A stretch of 58,045 nucleotides of DNA. Origin: Chrysochromulina tobinii (lineage: Eukaryota). The position numbers and the translations under genes are program-made. The notes beneath the pieces are model-generated. The model was not told where the DNA came from. It ran no database searches and saw only the letters and a program-made list of their open reading frames with translations. The stretch is from assembly GCA_001275005.1 (NCBI GenBank), contig JWZX01003265.1, positions 1 through 58,045 of the forward strand, written 5' to 3'. Shown here piece after piece: positions 9,975 through 21,157 of this stretch; the stretch's first letter is position 1, and each line of letters starts with the position of its first letter.

Positions 9975-12900
9975 ATGAGCAGCCGTATGAGCCATATGGA
10001 CGAACACATGAGTCCGAGTCCAGGGCCGAGACTGGAGCCGAGTCGAGCCGAGTTCACAGCCGCCTCGTACGCGGCCGAGGTCAAGGAGCTGCGCAACGTG
10101 GGCTCCGGCTCCTTTGGCAGCGCGATCCTCGTGGAGGTGGTCGCGACAGGCGAGCTCTTCGTGTCCAAGAAGATATCGCTGGAGCACATGGCGCCCGACG
10201 AGCAGACCAAGGCCTCCAACGAGGCCGCTTTGCTCAAGTCGCTCCGCCATCAAAATATCACCGAGTATCTCGGCTCCTTCGTCTTGGGCAACATGCTGCA
10301 CATCGTCATGGAGTACTGCTCGGGCGGCACGCTGCAGCAGGCGATGGCGCGGCGCGAGCGCGCGTCGGAGAGCATCGAGGAGGAGGAGGTCTTCGACTGG
10401 TTCCTCCAGATTGGGATGGCGCTCGAGTTCATCCACAGCAAGATGATCCTTCACCGCGACATCAAGCCGTCGAATGTCTTCCTCACCAAGCGCAATCTCG
10501 TCAAACTGGGCGACTTCGGTATCGCGAAGCAGATGGACGACACGTCAGACTTTGCGCAGACGTGCGTGGGCACGCCGTACTATCTCTCGCCCGAACTCAT
10601 CGAAGGGCGCCCTTACAACCAGCTCTCGGACGTGTGGGCGCTCGGTGTACTCCTCTTCCAGATGGTGGCCTTCCGCTATCCGTTTGACGCGCCCACGCTG
10701 CCCGCACTCGCACTCAAGATTGTCAACGGCGACCACCACCCGCTCAAGGAGGACACGCCCGCGGACCTGCGCGAGCTCATCGCCATACTGCTCGCGCGCT
10801 CCCAAGTCGAGCGCCCCATGATGGAGGCCGTCATGAGCCTGCCCGCCGTGGCCAAGCGGCGTGCGCGCTTCGAAAGCGAGATGCGATCTCTCTACCGCGG
10901 CGCGACGCAGACGACGCTGGCCTCGGGGCCGCCGAGGCCTGCCACGCCCGCCGCCGCCGACGGCGTGGCCGATTTGCAGCGCTCGCAGATCTCGACAGGA
11001 TCGACGATCGGTGCCAGCTCGATCGGCCCCTCTTCGACTATCGGCGGCGGCACGCTGCTGGTGAGCGGTGCCGCGGCGGCGCCTGCTGGCTCGGCTGCAG
11101 GCTCGATCGCGGCGGGGATGGTGTTTGCGTACGATCCGTACACGGACGCACCGCGGCTCGTCGTCGACACGCTCGGACCGACCGCGCAGCCGCCGCCTCC
11201 CAACGCCTGCGGCTCCGACGCGGCCCTCGCTCTCATTGCTATTGGTCATCCCGCCGCTCTCGTCGCCACACACGCGACCGACGGCGGCTACGCCAACGGC
11301 TCCGCTGTGGCCGGCGCCGCCACCGTTGCGCCGCCGCCCTCCTTGCCGAGCGCCGCCGCCGCCTCCGACGCCGCCGCGGCGGTGGCGGCGCTGTTGCCTT
11401 CGTCCCACGCGGCACCTTGGCCGCTCGAGCCCACGCCCCTCGACGTGACCCCGGCTGACCGGGAGCTGCTCGCGGCGCAGTTTGCGGATGCGGGTGAGAC
11501 TCTGTACTGCATCGCGTGCGTGTACAAGCTGGGCGAGCGACAGAAGCAGAGCCCGCGCACGCTCGCGATCGGGGAGCATAAGCTTCTTGTGCTCAAGCCA
11601 CGCAAAAAGGGGCTGCTCGGCGCCACAGAAGGGACCAAGGCACGCCAGCGGACCCTCTACTGGCACGAGCTGCTCTCGTGTGCTTCGTCCGCCGACGGCT
11701 CGTCCCAGATGCGCCTGTGCTTCATCCCGCAGCAGGGGCGCTCGTCCGCGCTACCGCCCCTCTTCCTCGCGCGCCTGGCGCGCGTCTCGGGACAGTTCCC
11801 GGCAGAGGCCATGTGGGAGCTCATGCTGGTGGTCAAGTCACCGGCCACCATGTACACGCTCCTCTACTGCATGCGCCGCGCGTTTGAGGGCATCTGGCGC
11901 TCCCTCGGCGCGCCCGACGACGAGCGTGCGCCACAGCCTGCTGGCGCCGCAGTGGCAGCACGTGCTTCCCGAGCACGTGGAATCTTCCGAGATAGCCGTG
12001 CGGTCATCGCCGCCGACGCCGCGCGCGCCGCCGCGGCTGCCGTTGGCAGCGGCAGCGGCAGCGGCAGCGGCAGCGGCAGCGGCAGCGGCAGCAGCAGCAG
12101 CAGCGGTGGTGCTGCCGGCGGCAGCAGCAGCAACGTGAGTGAGGTGGAGCAGCGTACAGCAGCCTTTGTAAGTACGCTTCGGCATCTGTGTGCCTACCAC
12201 GACTGTGCGCTGCGGGACTCAGTGGCATATCATCTGACCCGGCAGCTGCTCCACAGCTCGAATGGAGTGGGGCTCGACCTCTCCCTGCTGCTCCGGCTGC
12301 CGCACACCGCGCCGCCGCCGTACGTGGACCTGACGCCCCGTCGACTCTCGTCCGCCATCGAGGGGGGTGATGGGCGTCTGCCCACCCCCAAGCCGGCGGC
12401 CTCGATCGCCGAGGTGCGCGCGCTCGCGGCGGCGCTCTGCTGTTGCGGCGGCGTGCACGGCGTGCAGGCGATCGATGTGCGGCTCGGGGAGGAGGCGATC
12501 ATGGCCTTCGCGGAGGTGCTACGCTTCTCGACAGACATGAATGCCCTTCGGCTCAACCATGTCACCTCCAACTCGAACGCGGCGCGGGCGTCGATGGCAG
12601 CGCTCGTCGACATGCTGCCGAATTCGCGCGCACCCCTCGCGGTGCTCGACCTCGCGCACAACGCTCAGCTCGAGGAGTCGACACTGCTCCGGCTGATGGG
12701 CTCGTTCCGAACCCTGCCGCGCGCGCTCAAGGCGATGCAGCTCGATGGGTGCGGCCTCACGCCAAAGTCGATCGTCGAGCTCGGTGCGGTGCTCTCTGAA
12801 GGGCACTGGCCCTCCACGCTGCAGACGCTCACCCTCGCGCATAACTCGATTGGACGGGACGAGGGGTCGATTGCGCTTGCGGCGGCGCTCCGTTGTTCGT

Positions 12901-15900
12901 CCGCGCTCACGACGCTCGACGTGACTCACACTGGCATGGACATGCCCACCCTCTTCGACGCGCTCCTCGCCAACGAGCAGCTCCAGCGACGCCTCGCGCA
13001 GCTGCATCTGGGCACCAATAAGCTCTCACGTGCGGCGGCAGCTCAGTTGGCTGAGTTGCTCTCGCGTGCCGCCTCGCTGTGCCAGCTCGGGGTCTCGCGC
13101 ACACAGCTGCTCCCCGAATCATTTGAGCCCATCTTTGGTGCCGCCCTCGCCAACGCGAAGCTCTCGCAGCTCTCGATCGATGCGTCGGACAATGAGTTTG
13201 GCGAGCGATGCGCGCGAGGGCTCGCCGACCAGTTGCGACGCATAAGCGGCGCCGGCTTGCTCGACGCCGCGCGTGGCTCGTGCGGCCTCATCGGTCTCAA
13301 GATGCGCTCCACGTCACTCACCGAGGGTGGCGTGTGCGCGCTGCTCGAGCCGCTCGCAGCACTGGCCCACCTGGTGCAGCTCGACCTGAGCGCCAACCTT
13401 CGCAAGAAGATGGTGCCTTGGCAGACGGACGTGCCAGCCGACCTCGGGCGCGCGCTCGTCACCCTCGTGCGTAACTGCGCGAAGCTGCGCTCCCTCGCGC
13501 TCGCGGCGACCGACAAGGACGCGGGGACGGTGCACTGCGACCTGGCTGGGCTGCCCGACGCCCTCGCCGACCACGAGTCCCTTACCTCGGTGGATCTGAC
13601 CTCGCTTAAGGTCGAGGATCCGGCGCTTGTGGCGATCGCCACGGCGCTCCCGCGCAATCGCAAGCTGCTCACTCTCGCACTGCATGGTTCGAAGACGACC
13701 GCCGAGGTGCTCGCCGCCGACGCGTCGGTGCGGCTGGTGCTCGACCGTAACCGCTCCTCGGCTGCCGAGAGCGCGGCGGGAGGTGGCGAGTACGTCGCGT
13801 TCTCGACGGGCATGCTGCCGCTCACGTGTGCGGATCCTTCCCTTGTCCCGGGCGTTGCCCCTGGCAGCCCGCCAGGAGGCCACTTTGGGATGCCATCTCG
13901 CTCGGAGCTCTTCAAGGAGGTCGAACGCTCGGCGTACTTGGAAGTTTCGCAGAAGCTTCCCGGCGATCCGATGCCGGCGCCGCCCTCGCGACCGCACTCG
14001 CCGCCCTCGCGCTCGCATTCGCCCTCGATCGAGATCTTCGCCAAACCCGTGCCGAGTTCGAGCATGATCTACCAAATATACGTGCCCTCGAGCTTATCAG
14101 ACGCGAAGGCCAAGCCCGCGCCCGCCGCGCCCGACACGAGCATGTCCGCCACGAGCATTTTGGCGCCCTCGACGCCGCCGCCAGCCCCCAGGGCCGCCGC
14201 CGCCGACCCCTACGCCGCCAAAGCTGCCGCCGCCGCCGCCGCCGTGCACCCCCCCCTTCGCGGGGAGCACGTGCCTGCAGGCGGCTTTGCCGCGGTGCCG
14301 CCGCGGCTATCGCGTGAGATGGACACGGCCGCGGGCATGGGCTTTGCGTCGGGTACGGCGGTGTATGAGAGCTTACTCGCAGAGGGGCGAGCGCTGCTGG
14401 CTACGCCAATGGCCATTAGCGCCACCGTCGCCGCCGCCGCTACCGCCGCGTCCCAGACGCATGTCGTTGCGGCCAAGGTGGGGACTTTGGGAGTACCCGC
14501 GGTGGATCCGAAGCCAATACCACCGCCCGCCGCCATCGCCGCCACCGCCGTGGTTAGCGCCGTCCTGGGCGCACCCGCGGCGACGCCCAAGGAGCGAACG
14601 CCCTCGCTCATCCCGGCGCCGCACCGGCGGGCTGACGCCGCTGGCGCAGGTTTAGCGGTGCACGGTTCTTCGACGATCTCGCCTGCGATCTCGCCTGCGA
14701 TCTCGCCTGGTCTCTCCTCCGGCAACCGCGCCGCCAACCCTGCCTCCGCCCTCACCGCCTCTATTGGCGCTGGTGGCGCTGGTGGCACCGTGTCGCCCGC
14801 AAGCGCCGCGCCCGCCTCCTCCGCCTCGGCCTCGCTCTCGGCCTCGCAATCGGCAACCTCACCGAGCCATATCATCGGACCGTTTGAGGCGACGGGTAAC
14901 CTTCGAGGCAACTTTGGCGGCGCTCTGAACGCCCTCTCGCCGCTCAATGTGATGCATCGCGAGGCGCCCGGGCCGATGCCGGTGGGGCCGCAGCTCGGGC
15001 CAGCGGGTCTCTCACCCCTCGGCGCCCGGCGGCGCGTCGCCGACTTGACCGATAAGGGTCGCGCGGAGCCTATCGTCTTTGGCGGCGACTTCGCTCCCGC
15101 GGTGGGTGGCTTGCTCAGCGACCCGGCCGCAGCCCTGTACACGAGCCCAGCGTATGGAGGCTCGCCCGCCACTGTTTGCCCGCCCCCTGGGGGCGATGGC
15201 GGCGGCAGTGGCCGAGGAGGCAGTGCCGGTGGCATGCTCGGCGCGGGGGCGCTCGGCGGCGGCTTTGGGGACGCGGTCATCCTACAGTCCGCGAGCGCCG
15301 CTGAGAATGCTGGCGGCGCGCCGGCGACCTCGAGTGCGAATGCCAGTGCCATTGCAGCCCCCGGTTCCAATGGCGCCACGCGCAAAAAGGGGACGAAGCC
15401 CGAGCAGAGCACAGAGCCCGAGCCAGTCAAGGAGGCGGCACGCGGCAAGGAGGCGACACGTGCCAAGGAGGCGGGCGGCACTCCGAAAGGAGGCGGTACC
15501 GGTACGCCCAAAAAGGAAACGAGTGCCCCGATGGCGGCTCCGCCGCCAGCTCGCCGGCCCATCTCGATGAAGGAATGGCAGAGCGCCCATGAGCAGGCTG
15601 AGAATGGCCCAGGGCCAAGCGACATCCGTGCCCGGGCGGGCGCCAATGCCCCCGCTGCATCTCAGAGCCATGCGGCCAAGCGACCGACGCAGCAGCCGGC
15701 CAAGCGAGGCACGCCCGGCGCTGTAGCCAAGGCAAAGGGACCTGCCTTACCCGCGGCGGGCACGGCAATGGATCGTTCCCGCGGCAAGCAAAGCTCGAGT
15801 CGCACCCCCTCACCGCGTGAGATGAGCGAAACCGCCCTCGACGACGCCTCCCTCGTGCTCGAGCCTTATTTGGGTACCGACTCTTATTTGGGTACCGACG

Positions 15901-16566
15901 GTGAGCAAATCGATCCGTTCGCGACGTCGAACAAGGTGGCCTTTGGCTACGATCGCGGCACCCCACGCGATGTCTACAGTGCGCCGCTGCCGCCGCCCCC
16001 CCGAGCCGGTCCTCGCGTCGCCGCCTGGGCACGTCACGCCGCCACCGCCCGTGATCATCGGCGATGCGGCGGACGGCGGCGCGATTGCCTTTGGTGGCGC
16101 CGCCGCGATCGCCTTTGGAGGCTCAGCGGCGCTCGCCGCCGATGTGGCCGCTGCCTCGAGCTCGCCGACTCGCCTCGCGTCGACGTCGCCGATTGCCTTT
16201 GGTGGCTCCGCCGCGATCGCTTTCAGCGGCGCCGAGCCCATCAACCCCGAGCTCAACCCCGAGCTCAACCCCTTTGCACCATCGTACAAAGTGAGTCCCG
16301 GCAACGGTAGCGCGGCCGTTGCGGCCGGCGGCGGCGCGCTCGTGGGCGCGCGCACGGCGGACGGCGTGGCGGAGGTTGAGTACCGTCAGCTCATCTGGAA
16401 TGATGAGGGGCGGCGGCAGCTGCCTCCCGGCGTCAACGTGGCGAAGCTTGAGGCGCACCTTTCGGACGTCCAGTTTCGTCAGGTGCTCGGCATGGATCGT
16501 GCAAACTTCTACGCGATGACCAAAATGGACCAGATGCGCATCAAGCAGGACACTGGCCTCTTCTGA
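9975..16566 (+). CDS. Large multidomain protein: NEK/NIMA-family kinase + PH-like + RI-type LRR (CARMIL-like) + low-complexity region + C-terminal villin headpiece; one apparent frameshift at ~15996-16002
   Basis: Kinase motifs GSGSFG, VSKK, HRDIKPSN, DFG, GTPYYLSPE, DVWALG (~10070-10850). PH-like VYKLGERQKQSPRTLAIGEHKLLVLK (~11490-11900). LxxLxLxxN repeats (~12400-13750). The adjacent frame after the C7 run ends in LEAHLSDVQFRQVLGMDRANFYAMTKMDQMRIKQDTGLF*. Confidence 0.85.
12045..12104 (+). repeat. (GGCAGC)n/(AGC)n coding microsatellite (GS/S linker)
   Basis: Read directly; encodes GSGSGS...SSSS between the PH-like and LRR regions. Confidence 0.9.
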
Positions 16567-16896
16567 GACCACATCTTCACGCACGTGTGGATAGAGAGAC
16601 GAGCAGCAGTCTCGCGATCTCGTGCTCTTGTGGAAGTAGAGAGCAAGAGTGTAGGCTGCATGCCGCTCTGCGGCCGCATGAGAGTCGTACCCCCACCCCG
16701 TGCACCTTTCGCCACCGCTGCGGGCACACGCTGTGGAGCGCGGTGTGCGCTGTACATGTACGACGTGTAGTGAAACCCTCTTATAGGCCGGGCCGCTCAC
16801 TTGCCGGTTGGAGAGCTCGCAAGTGGCATGTCGCTGCGCACCTCCCACCGCGGGTGTCGGTGCGTGCCATGTTGAGTACCGCTTTAACATACAGCT

Positions 16897-18051
16897 TCAG
16901 ACTCCTATAGGACGAACGTACCGAAACCACGAGGCTGGGTAACGGGCTCGGTCCGTGAGCAGCGGGGTGGGCAGGTCTGATTTGGAGTCGATGCTCGTCA
17001 GCAGTTGGCCTGGCAACGCGACGTCTGGCTCCATTACGGGCCGACCCGCGCATGGAGGAGGGCTTCTCGCCTCTTGCCTCTTGCCGCCTCGCTCTAGGAT
17101 TCCACCGAGCTCAAGGCAGTAGCGCGAGCAACGCTCGAGGCGCGCCAAATCGAGAGTCTCGGGCCCCTTCCTCTTAGGATCGAAGAGGTTGGAGTGAATC
17201 CACGTGGTCAGCTTGCGCTGCAGCTCCGAAGGCTCCCCGAATCCGGAAAAGTGCCATCCCGCGTCCGGTATGGTCGGGCCGTTCAAGATCTCGCGCGTCC
17301 TCGTGAAGCCAACGCTCATCTCGCCGAGCTCCGCCGGGGAGGCCTCCCTGAAGCGACCGTAAGACTCGTTGAGGCTCTTGACGCTGAACGCTCGCGTGCC
17401 GAGCTTGAACGAGTTACCGGCCCGGCAATGGACGCCGTAGTGGTAGAGCGACAGCTTGAAGACGTACAGTGGAGCGAACGGCGCAGGGTCCCCGTCAAAT
17501 GGATAACATTGAGCGAGCATGCGAACCGTATCTGGCTTTGCAATCTCGTCCGTGTCGCCAAAGAGGGCTAGGTCTCCTGGCGAGGCGAGCTCAAGCACCG
17601 TCTCGAGCAACACGAAGCGCTGGAAGGCTTCGAAGCATCGCACTGGGTTGCCTCTGAACCTGCCGCCGCTGCAGTAGCGAACCTTGCCCTGGCGAAAGTC
17701 GACGACCTTCAGCGTCATCTTGGAAGCAAGGTTGTCGGGCACGGTGTCGTTGGCCAACAGCGCGGTGAGCAGCAACGGCTTGGTCGACTCCAAATTGTGC
17801 GTCGTGCTCGATTCCGAGATCACGAATCGATCGACGACTGGATTGACTGTTCGCAGGTGCAGCCACAGCATGTCGAGCTCGAAGCCAAACGGAATGCAGT
17901 CCCACACCAGCCGCCGGCTCTTCCTTGGTGGCTTGCGCACAATGGTGTGCTGGTCGCGTGTGTGGTTGACAAATTTTCCTCCGATCGGCCCTTGCTGACC
18001 CGGACTGAAGGAGACGCTGCTTAACGCGTCAGCGCATGTAGCTTCGCGCAT
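16897..18051 (-). CDS. Glycosyltransferase family 17 (beta-1,4-N-acetylglucosaminyltransferase, GnT-III/MGAT3-like)
   Basis: RRLVWDCIPFGFELDMLWLHL, VVDRFVISES..TH...KPL, FGDTDEI, AGWHFSGFG. Confidence 0.85.
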   Translation of the reverse strand: MREATCADALSSVSFSPGQQGPIGGKFVNHTRDQHTIVRKPPRKSRRLVWDCIPFGFELDMLWLHLRTVNPVVDRFVISESSTTHNLESTKPLLLTALLANDTVPDNLASKMTLKVVDFRQGKVRYCSGGRFRGNPVRCFEAFQRFVLLETVLELASPGDLALFGDTDEIAKPDTVRMLAQCYPFDGDPAPFAPLYVFKLSLYHYGVHCRAGNSFKLGTRAFSVKSLNESYGRFREASPAELGEMSVGFTRTREILNGPTIPDAGWHFSGFGEPSELQRKLTTWIHSNLFDPKRKGPETLDLARLERCSRYCLELGGILERGGKRQEARSPPPCAGRPVMEPDVALPGQLLTSIDSKSDLPTPLLTDRARYPASWFRYVRPIGV

Positions 18052-18220
18052 CGAGAACGGCGAAAAGGTTTTGACGAATTACGGACGTGGTGTTCTCACT
18101 TCTGTTCTCACCGACTGCCGGGGCGCCATTTGGTTCTTCGCGTTTCCTCCCGTGTACGAACATCCAAATTTGGAAAGTATTTGGAATCGTCATGCCCCAC
18201 GAAGTCCAAAATTCGCTGGC

Positions 18221-21157
18221 ATGTCGACCATGTCGACTCTCGAGTATTTCGAGCGCTTCCAGACGCTGATCGAGGATGTGATAGGGGCCAGCGTTGATGA
18301 GGCTCTCTCGACACAGCCGGAGAATCCAATTGTCACCATCGCGGCCGCACTGCTTAAGCGGTGCAAGGTGGAGAGTGCAGCGGATGCCGCCTTGCTCAGG
18401 AGCGCGGCGTCGTCGCTTGGCATGGGCACCGCCGAGCAGTTCAATTTATTGAGGAATCAGACATCGACCGATGCCAGTGGACTGGAAGTCGACACTGCGG
18501 CCGTCGACGTTCCGTTCGTCCGCCGGTCGTCCTCGGCCGCTGTGTCGTCAACCTATGAGTCGGTGACATCGGAGGAGATGGACGACCTGAAGGCGCGTCG
18601 GCTGCACAGCATGCTGGGCGAGCTGCGCACCCTCTGCTGCGACTTGCGCGAGACGTTTGCCCACTGGATAGCGGGTGACGATTCGTCGAATACACAGGGC
18701 TCGAGCTCGACGTTGCTCTCTTCGAAGTCGAGCAAGCTGCCGGAGGCCGCGGTCACGGAGCTGCGCTCGTGCCTGTGCGACGCGCAGCAGCTCGTGCAGG
18801 TGACACAGGAGGCGATTCACGCACTGCTTGCCGATGAGCCGACGCGCGGGCGGGCGGGCTTCCTCATCTCGCTCTCGGACCGAATCGGCGCGCCGCCCTC
18901 GGATCGCAAATGGCGCGACGAATGGAACGCTCTCAAGCTCGAGGCGATCGTGCTGAGCGGGCAGGGGGAGTTCGCGAGCGAGGAGTACGTGAATGAGAGT
19001 TGCACGGTAGAGAAGACGACCAAGCAGAACCATGCCGCCATCGTGAAGCTTGTCAACCGCGGCTGGTACCCTCACGAGGCGATCGCGTACCGGCTGCTCT
19101 CGTCGGTGAGCCCTCCAAACTGGCGCTGATGACCTCGGATTGCATGTCTTGATTGCGCCTCGGATCGCCTCCCTCATCAGGTGAGCTCTTCCATAGGGCG
19201 CGCCTTTCGTGAAGGCGACGCCTGCTATGCAGCCTCGACGTACGCGCTGCGCGATGCTCTCTTCCATGCTATGCGCGTCAATCAACGCCGCTCCCTCGAG
19301 GGCGGCGGCGCTGGCGGCGGCACCGGCGTGAATGAGGCGAGTGCGGTCGGCGGCGACGCTGGCGGCGGCACCGGCGTGAATGAGGCGAGTGCGGTCGGCG
19401 GCATCAGCGGCGGTGAGCGTGAGGGCTACACGAGTGCACGTATCGTCGAGGTGGTGAGCATGGATGGCGACGTGGACGGCGACGAGGAGAATGAGCCACC
19501 GGAGGTGCCGCTCTTCTATTGGCATCTGGAGGGCATCTTCTCGCTCACGGAGAATGACGCTGCATGGAGCGAGCTCGAGGTGCCAGATCGTTCAGGTTTC
19601 TGTGGACTGACGTGCTCGACGCTCGTGCGCGGCACGCGCGAGGCAGCATGCTTCGATGCCGATGGCATGCTGGTCAAGGTGCAGTACCCAGCCGATGACG
19701 ACGCGTCCGAGCCGCTCGTCCAATTCGATTCGGTGGACTCGGACGTTGTGTGCTTCGTCTCGAGCCCATCCACGTGGCAGTTCCACCACGCGATCATCTT
19801 CGACGAGTCGGACGAGCGAGGCGCCTTCCCTCCCAACACCCTCTTCCGCCTCACCTCCGTCGACGAGCCTGGCGAGTGGGTCGCGCCGGGTGGTGTGCGC
19901 CCGATGCGGCGGCGTCTCGTCGTGACCGCCACGTACAATGCGGCGCGCTACAGTGAGTGCTCGGCCGACGCGCGGGTCGGCAAGCTGTGGAGTGAGGTGG
20001 TGCTGCTCTCGTACGAGCGACGCGGGACGTACGTCGAGGGTCTGCACCATCTTTGGGCCAAGCCGGTGCTCACCATGTACGAGGAGTTTGCTCGCGACTA
20101 CACTTGGACCGATTGGAAGGGGCATTCGTACTCGCTCCGGGAAGAGTTTGCGTACGTCACTGGGCCGGCCGTGCGAAAGGAGGGGTGCACGCCCGGCGTG
20201 CGCGACGACGGCGACAACGAGGGTCTCACGCCGGCCGACTTTCTAGCGCGCGCCAACGGATACATCAACGAGCGGCGAGCACGCGGCTTTGGCGTTCGGC
20301 TGCCGCCACAGTTTGCGGAGCTCACGCTTGACGAGTGCCTCGCGGTGCGCCTCTACTCTGGCGCGAGCTTCCAGCCGATCAACGACTTCCTGCGCAATAT
20401 CGCGAAGCTGAGCGATGAGCTGCGCGTCCACATGGTGCGCCACCCGTCCCTCACCTTCGCCGCGACCATCGGGCACATCTGCCGTGCCATTCGCAAGCTG
20501 GCCGCCGTGGCCACCGACGAGGAATCGAAGCAGGTGGTCTTCCGTGGCGTGCGAGGTATCCTGCCCCGCACCTTCTGGCTCCCCGACCGTGTCGAGGACA
20601 TGGTCTGCGCCGTGGACATGGGCTTCATGTCGACCTCTCTCAACGAGCGCACACCCATCAATTACATGCATCCCTCGCCCGCACCCAACGTGCTCTGGGA
20701 GCTGCGACTGCAGCCGGAGAGCGATGCAGGCTACCATGTGGGCGCCAATATTGCTATCCTCTCTCAGTACGCCGCCGAAGAGGAGATGCTCTTCCCACCG
20801 TGCACGATGCTCCAGGTGCTCCCCGCCACCTCCGAAGGTGTCGCTGCCGTCGTCGCCGAATCCAACAAGCTGGACGCGTTTCTGCGCGCGTCCCGCGACG
20901 ACTCCGTCGCAGCGACCGAACTTCTGTTGGGTGCAGCGGCCGAAGGACTCGCGGCGGCGCGCTCCACCGCTAGCTGGACCAGGGCGCTGCGTAAGGTGCG
21001 CAAGGGCTTCTCGAGGGCTTCGTCCGCGAGCGAGGGACTCAAAGGCGACCAGCTCGAGGCGGAGGTCCACTCCATCATGAGCCGCTATCGAGCCCAATCG
21101 GAGAAAGCCGAGGGGCGCGAATTCCTGCGCGTGTGCACGGTGCCGACGTTCTCTTAA
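18221..21157 (+). CDS. ARTC/ecto-ART-type (R-S-E) ADP-ribosyltransferase with an N-terminal RIIa/Dpy-30-like motif and a second, degenerate ART-like domain; two exons (18221-19105, 19181-21157)
   Basis: AVRLYSG..FQPINDFLR, AIRKL, VFRG (R), GFMSTS (S), LSQYAAEEEMLFPP (ExE). A phase-0 GT..AG intron at 19106-19180 joins the two ORFs in frame. Confidence 0.8.
19106..19180 (+). other. 75 nt spliceosomal intron with introner-like hallmarks
   Basis: GTGAGC donor and CCCTCATCAG acceptor; removes the stop at 19127-19129 and keeps the frame. GGTGAGC occurs at both junctions; CTGATGA/TCATCAG inverted repeat. Confidence 0.75.
19309..19402 (+). repeat. 48 bp in-frame tandem duplication (AGGGTGVNEASAVGG x2)
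   Basis: Read directly. Confidence 0.9.

Noticed and set aside
16003..16310. Arg/Cys-rich C-terminus of the 2111-aa ORF as given
   Set aside because: Reads as out-of-frame sequence; the alternative frame encodes the coherent headpiece-containing tail.
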